Under the pieces are notes generated by a model, which was not told the origin of the DNA, made no database searches, and worked only from the letters and a program-made list of their open reading frames with translations. The translations under genes and the position numbers were made by a program. A DNA stretch of 53,765 bases, filler included, from Sphacelaria rigidula (lineage: Eukaryota): assembly GCA_964200075.2 (NCBI GenBank). It is 3 parts of 3 records of this genome, joined end to end, with 100 filler letters (N's around TTAATTAATTAA, not from the genome) between each part and the next. Parts side by side here need not be neighbours in the genome. Positions count along the whole stretch, not along the records: positions 1 to 17,859 come from CAXNAA020000979.1; positions 17,960 to 35,815 come from CAXNAA020000980.1; 1 more part is not named here. One strand, given 5' to 3'. Positions 12,401 through 22,172 of the stretch are shown piece by piece (the stretch's first letter is position 1; each line of letters begins with the position of its first letter).

Positions 12401-15400
12401 AAATCACACGATCTGGGATTTTTTTCTCACATCATGCCCAACAGTGAAGAGCGACTATGTCGTGGGTTCACAAAATTCGGCTTCACGGTCCACGAGGGAA
12501 AGGGGCCGCCGAATCCCTCTCGCGATCACAAAAAATTAGGGCAAGCACTGTAGAAGGAAAGTGGAGTACTAATGCAAACTAAAAAAGATAAAGGTCATAT
12601 GTTGGCCTTCCTCCCGTGTGACCCCGGCTGATGCGCCCACATGAGCCGAAAAGTCCAGACTGGCGTCCAGGATAGATGGGATGACAAAACACAACAACAC
12701 ACAGATTGTTTCTATCCGAAGGAGGTGCTCACGACGCCACAGTTAGGTTTGTTGATATAGTCGCGGAGATGTCCATTAGAAAACAAGAAAAAACTTGAGT
12801 CATACTTGGAAATGTTTGGTCAAATTTTGGAACTTTCTCGGGAATATTCTGCGAGTCGGCGCGGCAGACGGCACGGTTGTCGGAGAGGGTGGTTGAATAC
12901 GATCAGGAGGCCGTCACTGAGGTCTGGGACTACCTGGCATCAAGTTCCGGGGATGGCGAGGACGGCTACCCTCCCCTGTGATGGGAGCGAAATATTGCCA
13001 TTTGCGGGCGATTGTTGTTTCGGCCGTTGGCCCATGCAGGGCAATGAGCGAAAATCAAAAGATTTCGGCTAAAAAACGCCGGAGATTACAATAAATATAT
13101 CGGCAAAGACATTGTACACGATCAAGGGCCAGTGAAAACGTAAATACTTCAGATATGGCACAGAGGAACTATATTGCCGTTGATCAGCCGCGACAGCGCT
13201 GTACTTTATATAGAGAGAGATAGACATTAATTCCGATCAATTGTGATGCCCACCGTTTGTGCACAAGCTATGACCATTTTCCAGAAAACGGTACACGTTT
13301 TTTCTCCCCATCATTAGCTGGAGTGTGGGAAAAAACGTGGCCACCCTCGGATACTGTACGGTACGGTAAGGTACGGTACGGTAAGGTGCGGTATCGCAGT
13401 TTCGAAACCTGTACAACATACTACCGCGGGAGACCACCGTAACAATGTGTCGCCCGTACCGTACCGCACCGCACATTTCAGGTACGTAATACCCTTGTTC
13501 TATGCACTCTTGTTCTATGCACTCTTGTTCTATGCACTCCTGTTCTGTGCACATGTTGTGATCATTTTCCGAAAAAAGGTACATGTTTTTTTTCCCACCT
13601 TTAGCTGGAGTGTGGATAAAAGGCGGCTACCCTCGGAAACCATACGGTACGGTACGGTACGGTACAGTATCGCAGTTTCGAAACCCGTACAACATACCAC
13701 CGCAGGACAACACAGTAAAAATGTATCGCCCGTACCGTACCGCGCCGCGAATTTGAGGTACGTAAACACCCTTATTCCGTAGTTAAACCCCGACGGCCAA
13801 GTATTGCAAAGTGATTTTGCAAACACCGCTTCCGAGAACAGGACTGAAATTTCGGTTCTGGTGCTGGTGCTGCTGCCGCTGCCCATAGCGTACACCCCCA
13901 CAGGGAGACCACGCAATAGGAGCATGAGCAACGCCCGCAGTCGGAGCCGATTAACCCTTTTGGAACTAGCAATGGAAAAGTGTGGATTTCGAGGTGCTGT
14001 TTTTTTTTAACGACATGTGGTCGAGTATTTACAGCCTTCGCGTAAAACTAATGTTTCGAGCCGTGTTTTTCAGACCCCTGGCAGCCCCCGCCCTGATGTA
14101 CGTTGGCTTCCCCATCAGCCGCTCACCCCTCTCTACGACCCGCTTCCCTCATCGTACCTTGACTCCGTCGGCCCCTGCTATTTGCGCTCCCTGCCCCTGG
14201 ATATCGCTGAGAATGGCGAGAGCGTGGCATCCGCTCTTCACTACCTCCCGTCTCCCGCTGTGTAGGCCCATCGTGTTCAAAACGCCGCGGATACCGCCTC
14301 CGTCTGTGACCAGCAGCCCGTTGCGCTACACCGACACGATACGGTCAACATGACATGATCCAACACCGAGAGGATAGAGTCGGTACAATGATCCGTTGCA
14401 CGGGCGCAGAGAAACGTTGAAGTGGTATGCATGTACGAAGCAGGAGAAGGTGAACCAGGCGGTAGGGGAGGAGGGGAACCGGTGCGGTTTTCAAAACACT
14501 GTGCATGTCTCCTATCCACTTCGTCGAAACACTTAACCGACCAATTCTGCGAATTCTGTTTGAAGCATCTACTCTCATGAGACGCCGGTCGAACCTCCAT
14601 TTGTTCGACTGTTTTTCGAAACGCAGAAGTGCCAAACTATTTGAAATCTGGATATTTCGGCCCATCTGATCTCATGAGAAACTGATCGAGTCTCTATTCG
14701 TTTGGCTACTCGCATTATTCCTTATAATGCAGGGAGGGGCGGTTGGATGTGAATTTCAAGTCAGCAGTTCAACATTATGCTCATATTTCCACCAATACGC
14801 CTAGCGAACTACATGGACGATCCGAGTTACTTTCGGGTGAGTGACGGCGGCAGGTTGAGTTATCGTGAAAAGGGAATAATGGTCAAATTTCGTGCAATCG
14901 ATTGTCGAAGTAATGGCTTTGAGCTGCGGTGCTACGCTTCGGCCCCTCGCTATATATCTGTACGTTACTCATGCAAAACCTCCTGGCATGCACACCTGAT
15001 TTCCAACAATGAGGCTCGCCAATGCATCGAACACAAACGGGAGAAGTGGGGAGTTCATCCTGTGCGAGTGTAGGGCGCTCAAAATTGTCCTGTCACCAGA
15101 GGAAAGGGCGGGTAGGCGACTGTTACTCTCGAATTGGCACAGTAGGGCAGGCAAGTAAGACTGCCTCTGGGCAGAAACTACGCACGCAGTGCTGCGTTGT
15201 GCTGATGTGAAAAGTATGAGGGGCGTCAGATCACCTCGCAACACATTGATACACAACAAGGAGCACACTCGACTACCTCGCGATTCCAGCGCTTGCTAGT
15301 AGCCTAAAATGGTCATCTTGGGCGGATGAGGCTTGCTTATATTTCCGTCACACTTTCAACCATTACCCTCCTGGGGACGAGACCGTGGTCTCGAGAGACC

Positions 15401-16227
15401 AGCCTCTCTCGTCCCCGGTATATCCCTAAAAACGGTGTACTGATCTTTCGGTTTAACGGTGATCCCTCCCTCCGGTACGCGCCCGACGCCTCCGTTTACC
15501 TCGTACCTAACTCCGCCATGTGCAGCGATAAGGTTCTGATTGTATGTGTTCTGGCACATGTTGCTCAGCGCCCCGCACGCGCTCTTCACCACCTCGGGGC
15601 TGGAGAGGTGCGACGACATGCCCTTGAGGATCAACGCAACACCCCCCTGCCTCCCTACCACCTCCTTCACAAGGCCGTTGTTGAACGCTAGACTCCACAG
15701 AAGGTCGCATACGGCTTCCTGGTGGAGAATTGAAGTGAGTGCGAAGGGTGAGAGGTCACGAAATACAGTAATCATTGGTCGTACGCGTGACGTTCGTATT
15801 TTTGCAGCCACGAAGCGGGGAGGAGTCGGCCAATGCACCGGAGTTCACCGTCGCTCACGTCGACCATCACAAGCATTTGAGCAGAGGTACAGCGGATGAG
15901 GACTTCTCGTCAACGCACGCGCTCATAGGGTACGCGCGCGAAACGTGTGGAATCATGGGAGAGCGATTTCAACGCAATGGATCAATGCCGCCTTTGAAAA
16001 ACACGTGAACATTCGGTATCAGAATATTCGAGTGGGGCACGACCGGTGTTGCGCCGTGAGTTGTCGCACGATACCTGCAAGTCTGGACGTGTCGTGTGAT
16101 TTTCCATGACCGTCAGGATCAATCTTGTGCCGTCTCTCGCGATAAGTAGCTTATTCCCCTCGTCCTTCGCGAGAATCGCCAGCGCGCCGCAGCACGCCTT
16201 GAGACACTCCACATTCTCCGTATCAGT
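402..16227 (-). CDS. CCP1: Spliced gene span: cytosolic carboxypeptidase (M14D; CCP1/Nna1/AGTPBP1-like tubulin deglutamylase) with N-terminal ARM-like repeats; both ends uncertain
   Basis: Phase-consistent exons join to give the CCP motifs [100 protein letters not shown] and [10 protein letters not shown]. Subfamily assignment rests on motif recognition only. Confidence 0.9.
521..920 (-). CDS. CCP exon ([14 protein letters not shown]... acidic tail); ends at a donor at 537 or 521, or reads to the stop at 402
   Basis: ccctgtag acceptor; G..xC.ALLDY motif follows the catalytic domain. Confidence 0.75.
1245..1349 (-). CDS. CCP exon with the catalytic Glu ([35 protein letters not shown]); GC donor
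   Basis: Absent from the ORF track; matches the SYTxE.xFCG motif; followed by CAG|gcgaga. Confidence 0.88.
1918..2098 (-). CDS. CCP exon ([10 protein letters not shown]...ESTARVVV)
   Basis: Conserved motif; canonical splice sites. Confidence 0.9.
2499..2639 (-). CDS. CCP exon (SLAGVDLNR...IDLHGH)
   Basis: NR substrate-binding motif and the third Zn ligand His. Confidence 0.92.
2697..3000 (-). repeat. SINE-like dispersed repeat, copy 1 (partial)
   Basis: Homologous to 5040-5395 and 17460-17845. Confidence 0.8.
3522..4205 (-). CDS. CCP catalytic-domain exon (LCQTLGGN...SARVHPGE...PMLNPDGV)
   Basis: Zn-binding HxxE motif; ctttag acceptor, AG|gtgagt donor. Confidence 0.92.
4606..4723 (+). mobile_element. 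Shorter copy of the same C-tailed LINE 3' end
   Basis: Near-identical to the reverse complement of 21921-22038. Confidence 0.8.
4784..4960 (-). CDS. CCP exon ([29 protein letters not shown])
   Basis: Conserved motif; AG|gtaagt donor. Confidence 0.9.
5040..5395 (-). repeat. SINE-like dispersed repeat, copy 2 (contains a 10-N gap)
   Basis: Colinear with 17460-17845. Confidence 0.8.
5832..5991 (-). CDS. CCP exon ([25 protein letters not shown]...GWRRCG)
   Basis: Conserved motif; phases match both neighbours. Confidence 0.9.
6300..6399 (-). CDS. CCP exon ([33 protein letters not shown])
   Basis: Conserved CCP N-domain motif; G|gtgagc donor. Confidence 0.9.
6839..7705 (-). CDS. CCP exon ending in the N-domain motif [15 protein letters not shown]
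   Basis: ccgcag acceptor, CAG|gtgtgt donor, 289 codons. Confidence 0.85.
7937..8090 (-). CDS. CCP exon ([11 protein letters not shown]...QQPGSSRE)
   Basis: GAG|gtgaga donor in phase with the next exon; acceptor less certain. Confidence 0.55.
8521..9716 (-). CDS. Large low-complexity CCP exon (Gly/Ser/Ala-rich linker); 3' boundary is 8521 or 8451
   Basis: Lies within the 518-aa ORF; gttcag acceptor in phase 0; two candidate donors. Confidence 0.65.
10076..10252 (-). CDS. CCP exon ([21 protein letters not shown]...WGYK)
   Basis: ttctgtacag acceptor, AAG|gtac donor. Confidence 0.7.
10542..10616 (-). CDS. CCP exon ([25 protein letters not shown])
   Basis: ctgcag acceptor, GTG|gtgagt donor, 25 codons, ARM-like. 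Confidence 0.7.
11228..11407 (-). CDS. Possible Gly/Ser-rich CCP exon ([10 protein letters not shown]...GAGAM)
   Basis: Phase-0 compatible with coding-like composition, but the acceptor is weak. Confidence 0.4.
11828..11897 (+). repeat. Diverged copy of the C-tailed LINE 3' end
   Basis: GTGGTAAATAGTCAAACGGCTAAGGCAATCAACAAACGAGTAC followed by C-rich sequence. Confidence 0.7.
11958..12203 (-). CDS. CCP exon, ARM-like repeat (VLLPALRAH...[19 protein letters not shown])
   Basis: Polypyrimidine tract plus ctgtag acceptor; GAG|gtaggc donor; the ORF continuation beyond it runs into a repeat copy. Confidence 0.75.
12327..12701 (+). mobile_element. tRNA-derived SINE
   Basis: A-box-like TGGTTCAGTCCG, B-box GGTTCGAATC, CA-rich tail, candidate 7-bp TSD CAGATTG; homologous to 22981-23372. 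Confidence 0.8.
13265..13775. repeat. Tandem dimer of a ~290-bp unit with GTACG microsatellite arms and a 15-bp triplication
   Basis: 13270-13495 matches 13560-13775; (CTTGTTCTATGCACT)x3-4 lies between them. Confidence 0.8.
14158..14325 (-). CDS. CCP exon, ARM-like repeat ([56 protein letters not shown])
   Basis: Absent from the ORF track; 56 open codons, tag acceptor, AAG|gtacg donor; resembles the adjacent ARM exons. Confidence 0.8.
14996..15089 (-). CDS. CCP exon, ARM-like repeat ([31 protein letters not shown])
   Basis: Phase 2 in and phase 0 out, bridging its neighbours exactly; cag acceptor, gt donor. Confidence 0.8.
15507..15718 (-). CDS. CCP exon, ARM-like repeat ([14 protein letters not shown]...[25 protein letters not shown])
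   Basis: ccaccag acceptor, AG|gtac donor; helical ARM pattern. Confidence 0.8.
16075..16227 (-). CDS. CCP exon, ARM-like repeat ([51 protein letters not shown])
   Basis: tag acceptor, CAG|gtat donor; phase 0 into the next exon. Confidence 0.7.
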
Positions 16228-17459
16228 CTACCGTAGGACGATTCAAGGTCGCGTGCGTATAGTGTGACGGAAGTTTTCGGACGGCAGCCGACGTGATGCG
16301 AGAGTGTTGATCCACCCCACGACTTGCACAACGCGGGGCGTGTACCAGGGAAGAGAGGAGTTGATGTCTTAGAGACCACAGACTCGTCCCAAGGAAGGGA
16401 AAGAGAGGTTAGAAATAGCCAAAAAAGAACAAGTAGGTCGAGAAGACTCAGCGAGTCACGGTTAGTTAGACATCGGTAGGTCACCAACACCAGCACTGCT
16501 AAACGGCGTTGAATCCAACTCAACTGTACTGCGCAAAAAAATGGTTGATGCAACATACCTGGCAGTACAGCGAGGGCATTACGTTGCAAAACAATACCTT
16601 TACATCACCTTACGGGACTGCACTTCACTTTTCAATTACACTCTTTGTTCCAGGTGAGAGCAGGGGGCGAGCAGGTTATCAGCTTGGCTACGTCTAACTT
16701 ACGGACTAACCTACCCAGCTGCGTAGGCAGAGCTCGCGTGTTGCGGTTGGCAGAACCCATCACCGGCGCCACGCCTTTATTGCAAGGCCGTGGTCTAGTT
16801 CAGCTCTTTATATCCTGTACCCGTTTTTGACCGAGAACGCACCCAGGTATGCTTGTTTGTGTCGTTCGCAAAGGATTTCTTCGAGCGCATGCAGAGTATG
16901 CTTTATTCGAATTATGTACTCACCCCCTCCGTAGATTTGTAGCTGGAATCAGGCAAGAAAGAGAAAAATATATACCAATTACACAGAAAGATAACCGCAG
17001 GCTCGAGCAGCAGTGCGAGCTAACTTCCAAGTAATTGTTTCAAAGATCGTCACGAGTCGGTCGTAAGCGACACTTGCTTATCGTTCACCAACCTGTCAAC
17101 GGTACGGTGCCTGTTGCGTAGTATCCCTTGCGGGATGTGGGTAGAGACTACCCTCTCGTGAGGGCAAATACGACCGAACCCAAATGTACTTCGAAGTATT
17201 TCATTATGCGTAAACTGGACGTTGGGCATTTGATATTTGATCGGCCAAGATCTGCAATAAACAGCAGATTATGAAGAATATCTACATGCTTGGTGGATAC
17301 ATCGATTGTGTCGTCGTCGGTGAGGTGCGGATTGCCTCCAACCCTGCTCGCTGCATGAAGCATAGCCTGTCTAACTATTGCTCAAACGACTATAGTTGTG
17401 AACGGTGTTGAGACCTCGACGAGCACTTGCTGGGATTTAACTTCCCTCTGTGGTGGTAT

Positions 17460-17845
17460 CCATATCGTGCGGGGTGGGAGAACCTCAACTCCGCGCAAAG
17501 AACATGATCATACTACGTGGTGTTCAAATAATGAGACAACCATGAGGCAGTGTGTAAGCCGTGGCTGTCTCTGGAAGTGGCAATACCAGAAAATGAAGCA
17601 ACTCATTGAAGGCTGCCATCCAAATACAAGATAATCAGTACGCTTCGGGCCGAAAATTTCGAGCAAGAATCAGCTCACCCTTCATGCGACTTGCCCAACA
17701 CATCACGGCACTTCGCACTTACTTGGTGACTGATTGCGAGCCTGGTTCGGTGAAAACCTGGCATGCTCCGTCCCGGCTTTGTAGGGATGCGAGGTCAACG
17801 GTCTCATGACTATGGCATGCAAGATCATGAGTATAACCACGCCCC
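17460..17845 (+). repeat. SINE-like dispersed repeat, copy 3
   Basis: Colinear with copies 1 and 2 in the opposite orientation. Confidence 0.8.
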
Positions 17846-17859
17846 ACACGACATCTGTC

Positions 17860-17959
17860 NNNNNNNNNNNNNNNNNNNNNNNNNNNNNNNNNNNNNNNNN
17901 NNNTTAATTAATTAANNNNNNNNNNNNNNNNNNNNNNNNNNNNNNNNNNNNNNNNNNNN
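17860..17959. other. Artificial assembly spacer
   Basis: N44-TTAATTAATTAA-N44, with stops in all six frames. Confidence 0.97.
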
Positions 17960-20230
17960 TTTAGTTTACTCCTCCCATCCTACCGTACTTTTGCTCGACA
18001 TCCACCTCGCGTGGGTATCTCTCCTTACTCTGATAGCCTTTTTCACTTCCTCATCCAACCATTTTACTACTCTGTTGCATACGATCAGTTTCCTCCCTCC
18101 AACTTTACTCGCTGTTTTCTTGACCAGCTGCTCTCATCCTTCTACAATATTCGCTCCTGCCCGATATATTCCCATTTCGGTATCAACTGTATCTACGCGT
18201 TCAAAGAGTTAGGAAAATTTCACTGCACTTTTGGTCATCTCTTCTTGGAGCTCTTGCCGTGTTTCTTCCATGTCTAGTTTGTCGATTCTCTATTTGTACA
18301 ACTTCCTACCCCGCCTATTTCTTTTATCTTCCGTCTGTTGACCTTCTGTCCGTATTAGGCAGTGATCTGTGGTTCCCACGTCCTCCACTCGTACACGTAT
18401 TTTCATTTCTCTACTACTTCCATGCTCCACCACTATACAGTCAAGAACGGTGTGTTCTCTCTTTTTTCGTCTGCATTCCCTCGCTCATGTCAATTGCGCC
18501 TCTGGTTTTTGTGCTCCATCGTTCCGCGTCTTCATCCCGTTATGCTCAAGAAACTTGAGCATTTCTATCCCATTCGTGTTCTTCGTACCTTCCCCGTATT
18601 GCCCAATGATATCGTCCGGTTGACGTGCTTTTCCTACCCTTGCATTAAATATCCCACTAATGTTATTTCTCCTTACCATTAATATTTACGTACATCTCCT
18701 GCTATCTCTACAAACCTACGCTGGATATCGTTCACCCTACTCTTCGATTCTGGGGGCATGTAGATGTTCCCTACAAAGAAGTCCTTCGTTCTCTGCTCTC
18801 CTGGTACTCTTATTCATATGCCCTCGTCGAATTTGGTGTCATCGATCATTTCGATAATGTCACACAGGTATTCCTTGACTGAGAATCCTACTCGCCCCGC
18901 TTCCCTGCTCTCGGGCTTCTGTCCATTCCGCTTCTTCCCTATCCATGCGCACTATTCCACTTTGCATCCAATTCCACCCCCTCTTTCCCCCATGACTCCT
19001 GAATTTCTACTATACCTAGGACGCGCTTCCTCATTTGTTCGACTATCTCTGTTCTCTTGTGCTCGTATGTGGCGAAGCCACACACGTTCCTATTCCTATT
19101 TTCAGCTTCCTTTCCGAATCATTAGCTGCTCTCTTCTTGTCTCCTATCCTCTTTCCAGGTCTCTTACTTCTACTTTCCCTTGCTTGATTGTTCTGCCCCT
19201 TGCCCGTTCAGTCTTCGTCTAACTGCTTCGGGCCGCTGCGTCTTTTCCCCTTCCCCTTCCGGGTATTTACCTGTTCCTGCCTCTCTTTCCCTCCGTTTGC
19301 CCGTGCACTACGTCATAGGTTTGGTACTCCGTTAGCAATGCATACTCTCCATCCTACCCTTCTAACCCATGCCGATACCTTACTTGTCTCCATCCTTTCC
19401 TACTCCTTGCTCGCCCTCTGTTTTACTGTGACTCGGAAGTGCTCTCCCTCCCTTTCTACTTTTCCTGTTGCGAAGAGTGTAATCTAACTTCATTGCACTT
19501 ATTTTCAAACTCCATTCTCGTCATGTCGCTACGGAATCCGAATACCAGCACTACTAATACTTTACTCGTCCACTCTTTACTCCACCATCCGTCGTTCCTC
19601 ACCGTCTCTCTCTCTATCTCCTTCGAGAGAATCTCCAGCATGTTCGTTTGAATTGTACCGGTGGGGTATCTTTAACGTACTGGGGCATCCCAATCCTAGT
19701 ACTCGTTGGGAGTCTGGTGCCTTTCAGTTCTTTTGCTGGCTCACCGACACGAAATAATGCCTCCAACATGGGCTCGTAGCCTGAAGCCAAGTTCAACACC
19801 TGTGACCCAAGTACCCCACGTCTGTGCCAGGCGATCTTCATGATAAGCCATCCAGGCGTCCCATAACCGTATCTTCTATCTTCTTGCCCCGCTGCTATAC
19901 TGGTCACTTTCCTCTAGGGAGGACATTTTCGCCGTATAAGGTTCGAGGACGGCTTGCACAACACAAGGTCTTACTCACACCGGGATGCCCCGTACATCAT
20001 TTTTCCACCACGTGTACGCTTCACTATGGGTCGCTACTCCACTGATGCTCCCGAGTGAACCTTCGCTGCCGAAAGCTTGGCCAACGATTCCCCCACACTT
20101 TGTACCAGCTTCTATCCTTCAAGATCCCAATAAGTCTACGTACCGCTTGGTGCTCCTTTTCGAACGTCATGTGGTCAGTCATCGGTAAGATGTTTGTTTC
20201 GTGAGTGCAGTAGGTCTTGATGTTTATGAC
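17960..20230 (-). mobile_element. Degenerate non-LTR retrotransposon 5' part (AP-endonuclease domain ~19110-18350, decayed ORF1-like upstream), truncated by the gap
   Basis: Frameshifted motifs LKIG..NVCGF, IVEIQESW, VGNIYMPP, GxFNARVG, IGQYGEGTKNTNG, VLDCIVV and TDHCLI. Confidence 0.85.
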
Positions 20231-20589
20231 ATGCATTATCCACCCCTTCCCTTCATTAGGCGCCTTTTGTACCTAATGTCGGAAACTTCTGGGAATGGCT
20301 GACCAGACTTTCACCACCCAATGGAAACCGGTAAGGTTTTACGGGTATCTCACCACGAGACCCCAACGTCCATGTGAATTCAACATAGAGCGGGTGATGA
20401 CCCTACCCTATCCGTACTTGTCATGCATTTTGTGTTCTCGATTGGCATGTAAGGTGGTCAACTTTCACGCTGTTCCTTGCTTATCTAGGTTTTGGTGTTT
20501 TTCTTGTCTTACCTTTGTTATGATAGAGGCGGAAGAATCTCCGTTATATCCCGTCTTGATATGGGAAAATAGATATGTTTTTCCTCGTT

Positions 20590-21640
20590 ATTTTACGTCT
20601 ATATCCGGGCTTCATCATGGCAGGTTGAAAAAAAGGGGGGTTTGCTTCTTCAGCTCATGTCTATGTCCGGGCTGTAGCATGGTAAGTTAAAGAAAAGGAG
20701 GGTTAGCTTCTCCATCTCATGTTCATGTCCGGGCTGTGTTATGGCAAGTTGAAGAAAAAATGGAGTTAGCTTCTCTACAGTATTTCATGTTCATGTCCGG
20801 GCTGTGTTATGGTTGGTTGAAGAAAAGGATGGTCCCATATCTATGTCCGCGCTGTGTCATGGTATTTTAAAGAAAAGGGGGGTTAGCTTCTCTATTTCAT
20901 GTCTATGTCCGGGCTGTGTCATGGTAGGTTGAAGAAAAAGGATGGTTAGCTTCTCTATTCTATGTCATGTCCGGGCTGTGTTATGCTGGATTGAAGAAAA
21001 AAGACGTTTAGCTTCTTTATTTTACGTCCATATCCGGGCTGTGTTATGGTAGCTTGAGGAAAAAGTAGGGCTAGCTTCTTTTTTATATATTTATGTCCGG
21101 GCGGTGTTATGGTAAGATAAAGAAAAACGAGTTTTATGTCTATGTCCGGGCTGTATTATGGTGGGTTAAATAAAAAAGAGGGTTAGCTTCTCCATGTCAT
21201 GTTTATGTCCGGGCTGTGTTATGGTAGGTTAATGAAAAGGGGGGTAACCTATATTTCATGTCTATTTTCGGGCTGTGTTATGGTAGGTTACAGAAAAGGA
21301 TGACCCCATGTCCATGTCCGGGCTGTGTCATGGTATTTTAAAGAAAAGGGGGGTTAACTTATCTATTTCATGTCTATGTCCGGGCTGCGCAATGGTAGGT
21401 TGAAGAAAAAGGATGGTTACCTTCTCTATTCCATGTCATGTCCAGGCTGTGTTATGGTAGGTTCAAAACAAAAGGAGCTTCATGTCGATGCCTGCGCTGT
21501 ATCATCGTAGGTTGAATAAAAAAAGAGTTTAGATTCTTTATTTCATGTTTATGTCCGGGCTGTGTTATGGTAGCTTTAAGAAAAAGAAGGGTTAGCTTCC
21601 CTATTCCAAGTCCATCTCCGGACTGTGATATGGTGTCAGA
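20590..21640. repeat. Minisatellite, ~18 copies of a ~62-bp unit (some ~50 bp)
   Basis: Recurring ATGTCCGGGCTGTGTTATGGTAGGTTGAAGAAAA..GGTTAGCTTCTCTATTTC. Confidence 0.92.
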
Positions 21641-21924
21641 GAAAGAAACAAAGAAAACGTAAAAGGAAGAAATGTAGAGAAAGAGGAGAGAGGAGAAGAA
21701 AAAGACCAAAAGAGAAGGGGGGAAACGTAGTGGCTAAGGAAAAGGATGTAGTAAAGTTGGGGAAAAAAAGAAAAGAGACGAACAGGCCAGCTTTGGTATA
21801 TCATGTCTTTGTCCATTTTTGTGTTTCTGAGGGGAAACAAATCGGGTTATTCAGGCCTTTGCACGTCTGTTGTATCTGTCGGTCTGGGACGTTGTTTGTC
21901 AGTCGTCCCAAGAGTGTAGAGGGG

Positions 21925-22172
21925 GGGGGCGTACTCATTTGTTGCTTGCCTTAGTCGTTTGACCATTGACCACGCATCCCTTTCGAGACGGGGCACCGTT
22001 CCTACTCCTTATGGAGACACGTTCAACATTCTGGCGCTCATTACGTTTCTTCCATACATTACACAAAAGCCTTTTAAATATCTGATCCCCGTCCTGTTCC
22101 GCCGTCTGTGGCCACCATATATCTCCTAGTATAGCCATCGTTTTCTATCTACTGTCTAATGCATCAAACAAT
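21925..22172 (-). mobile_element. 5'-truncated LINE 3' end with an oligo(C) tail
   Basis: ORF end ILGDIWWPQ...CNVWKKRNE...KASNK*, then GTACG-C9; 11-bp TSD GTGTAGAGGGG at 21914-21924 and 22173-22183. Confidence 0.75.

Noticed and set aside
12327..12410. Functional tRNA gene (also ~23290-23372)
   Set aside because: No convincing cloverleaf, and it continues into a shared SINE body and tail.
13237..13584. ORF with EQECI repeats
   Set aside because: Produced by a 15-bp tandem repeat inside an intronic duplicated element.
17148..17365. Upstream CCP exon
   Set aside because: Has an AG acceptor and an open frame, but no motif or clear donor linking it to the gene.
17904..17915. TTAATTAATTAA as a biological motif (also at 35860-35871)
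   Set aside because: Centred in identical 100-bp N spacers, so it is a scaffolding linker. Adjacency across it is not reliable.
20590..21640. CRISPR-like array
   Set aside because: The intervening sequences are themselves homologous (no unique spacers), there are no cas genes, and the context is eukaryotic.
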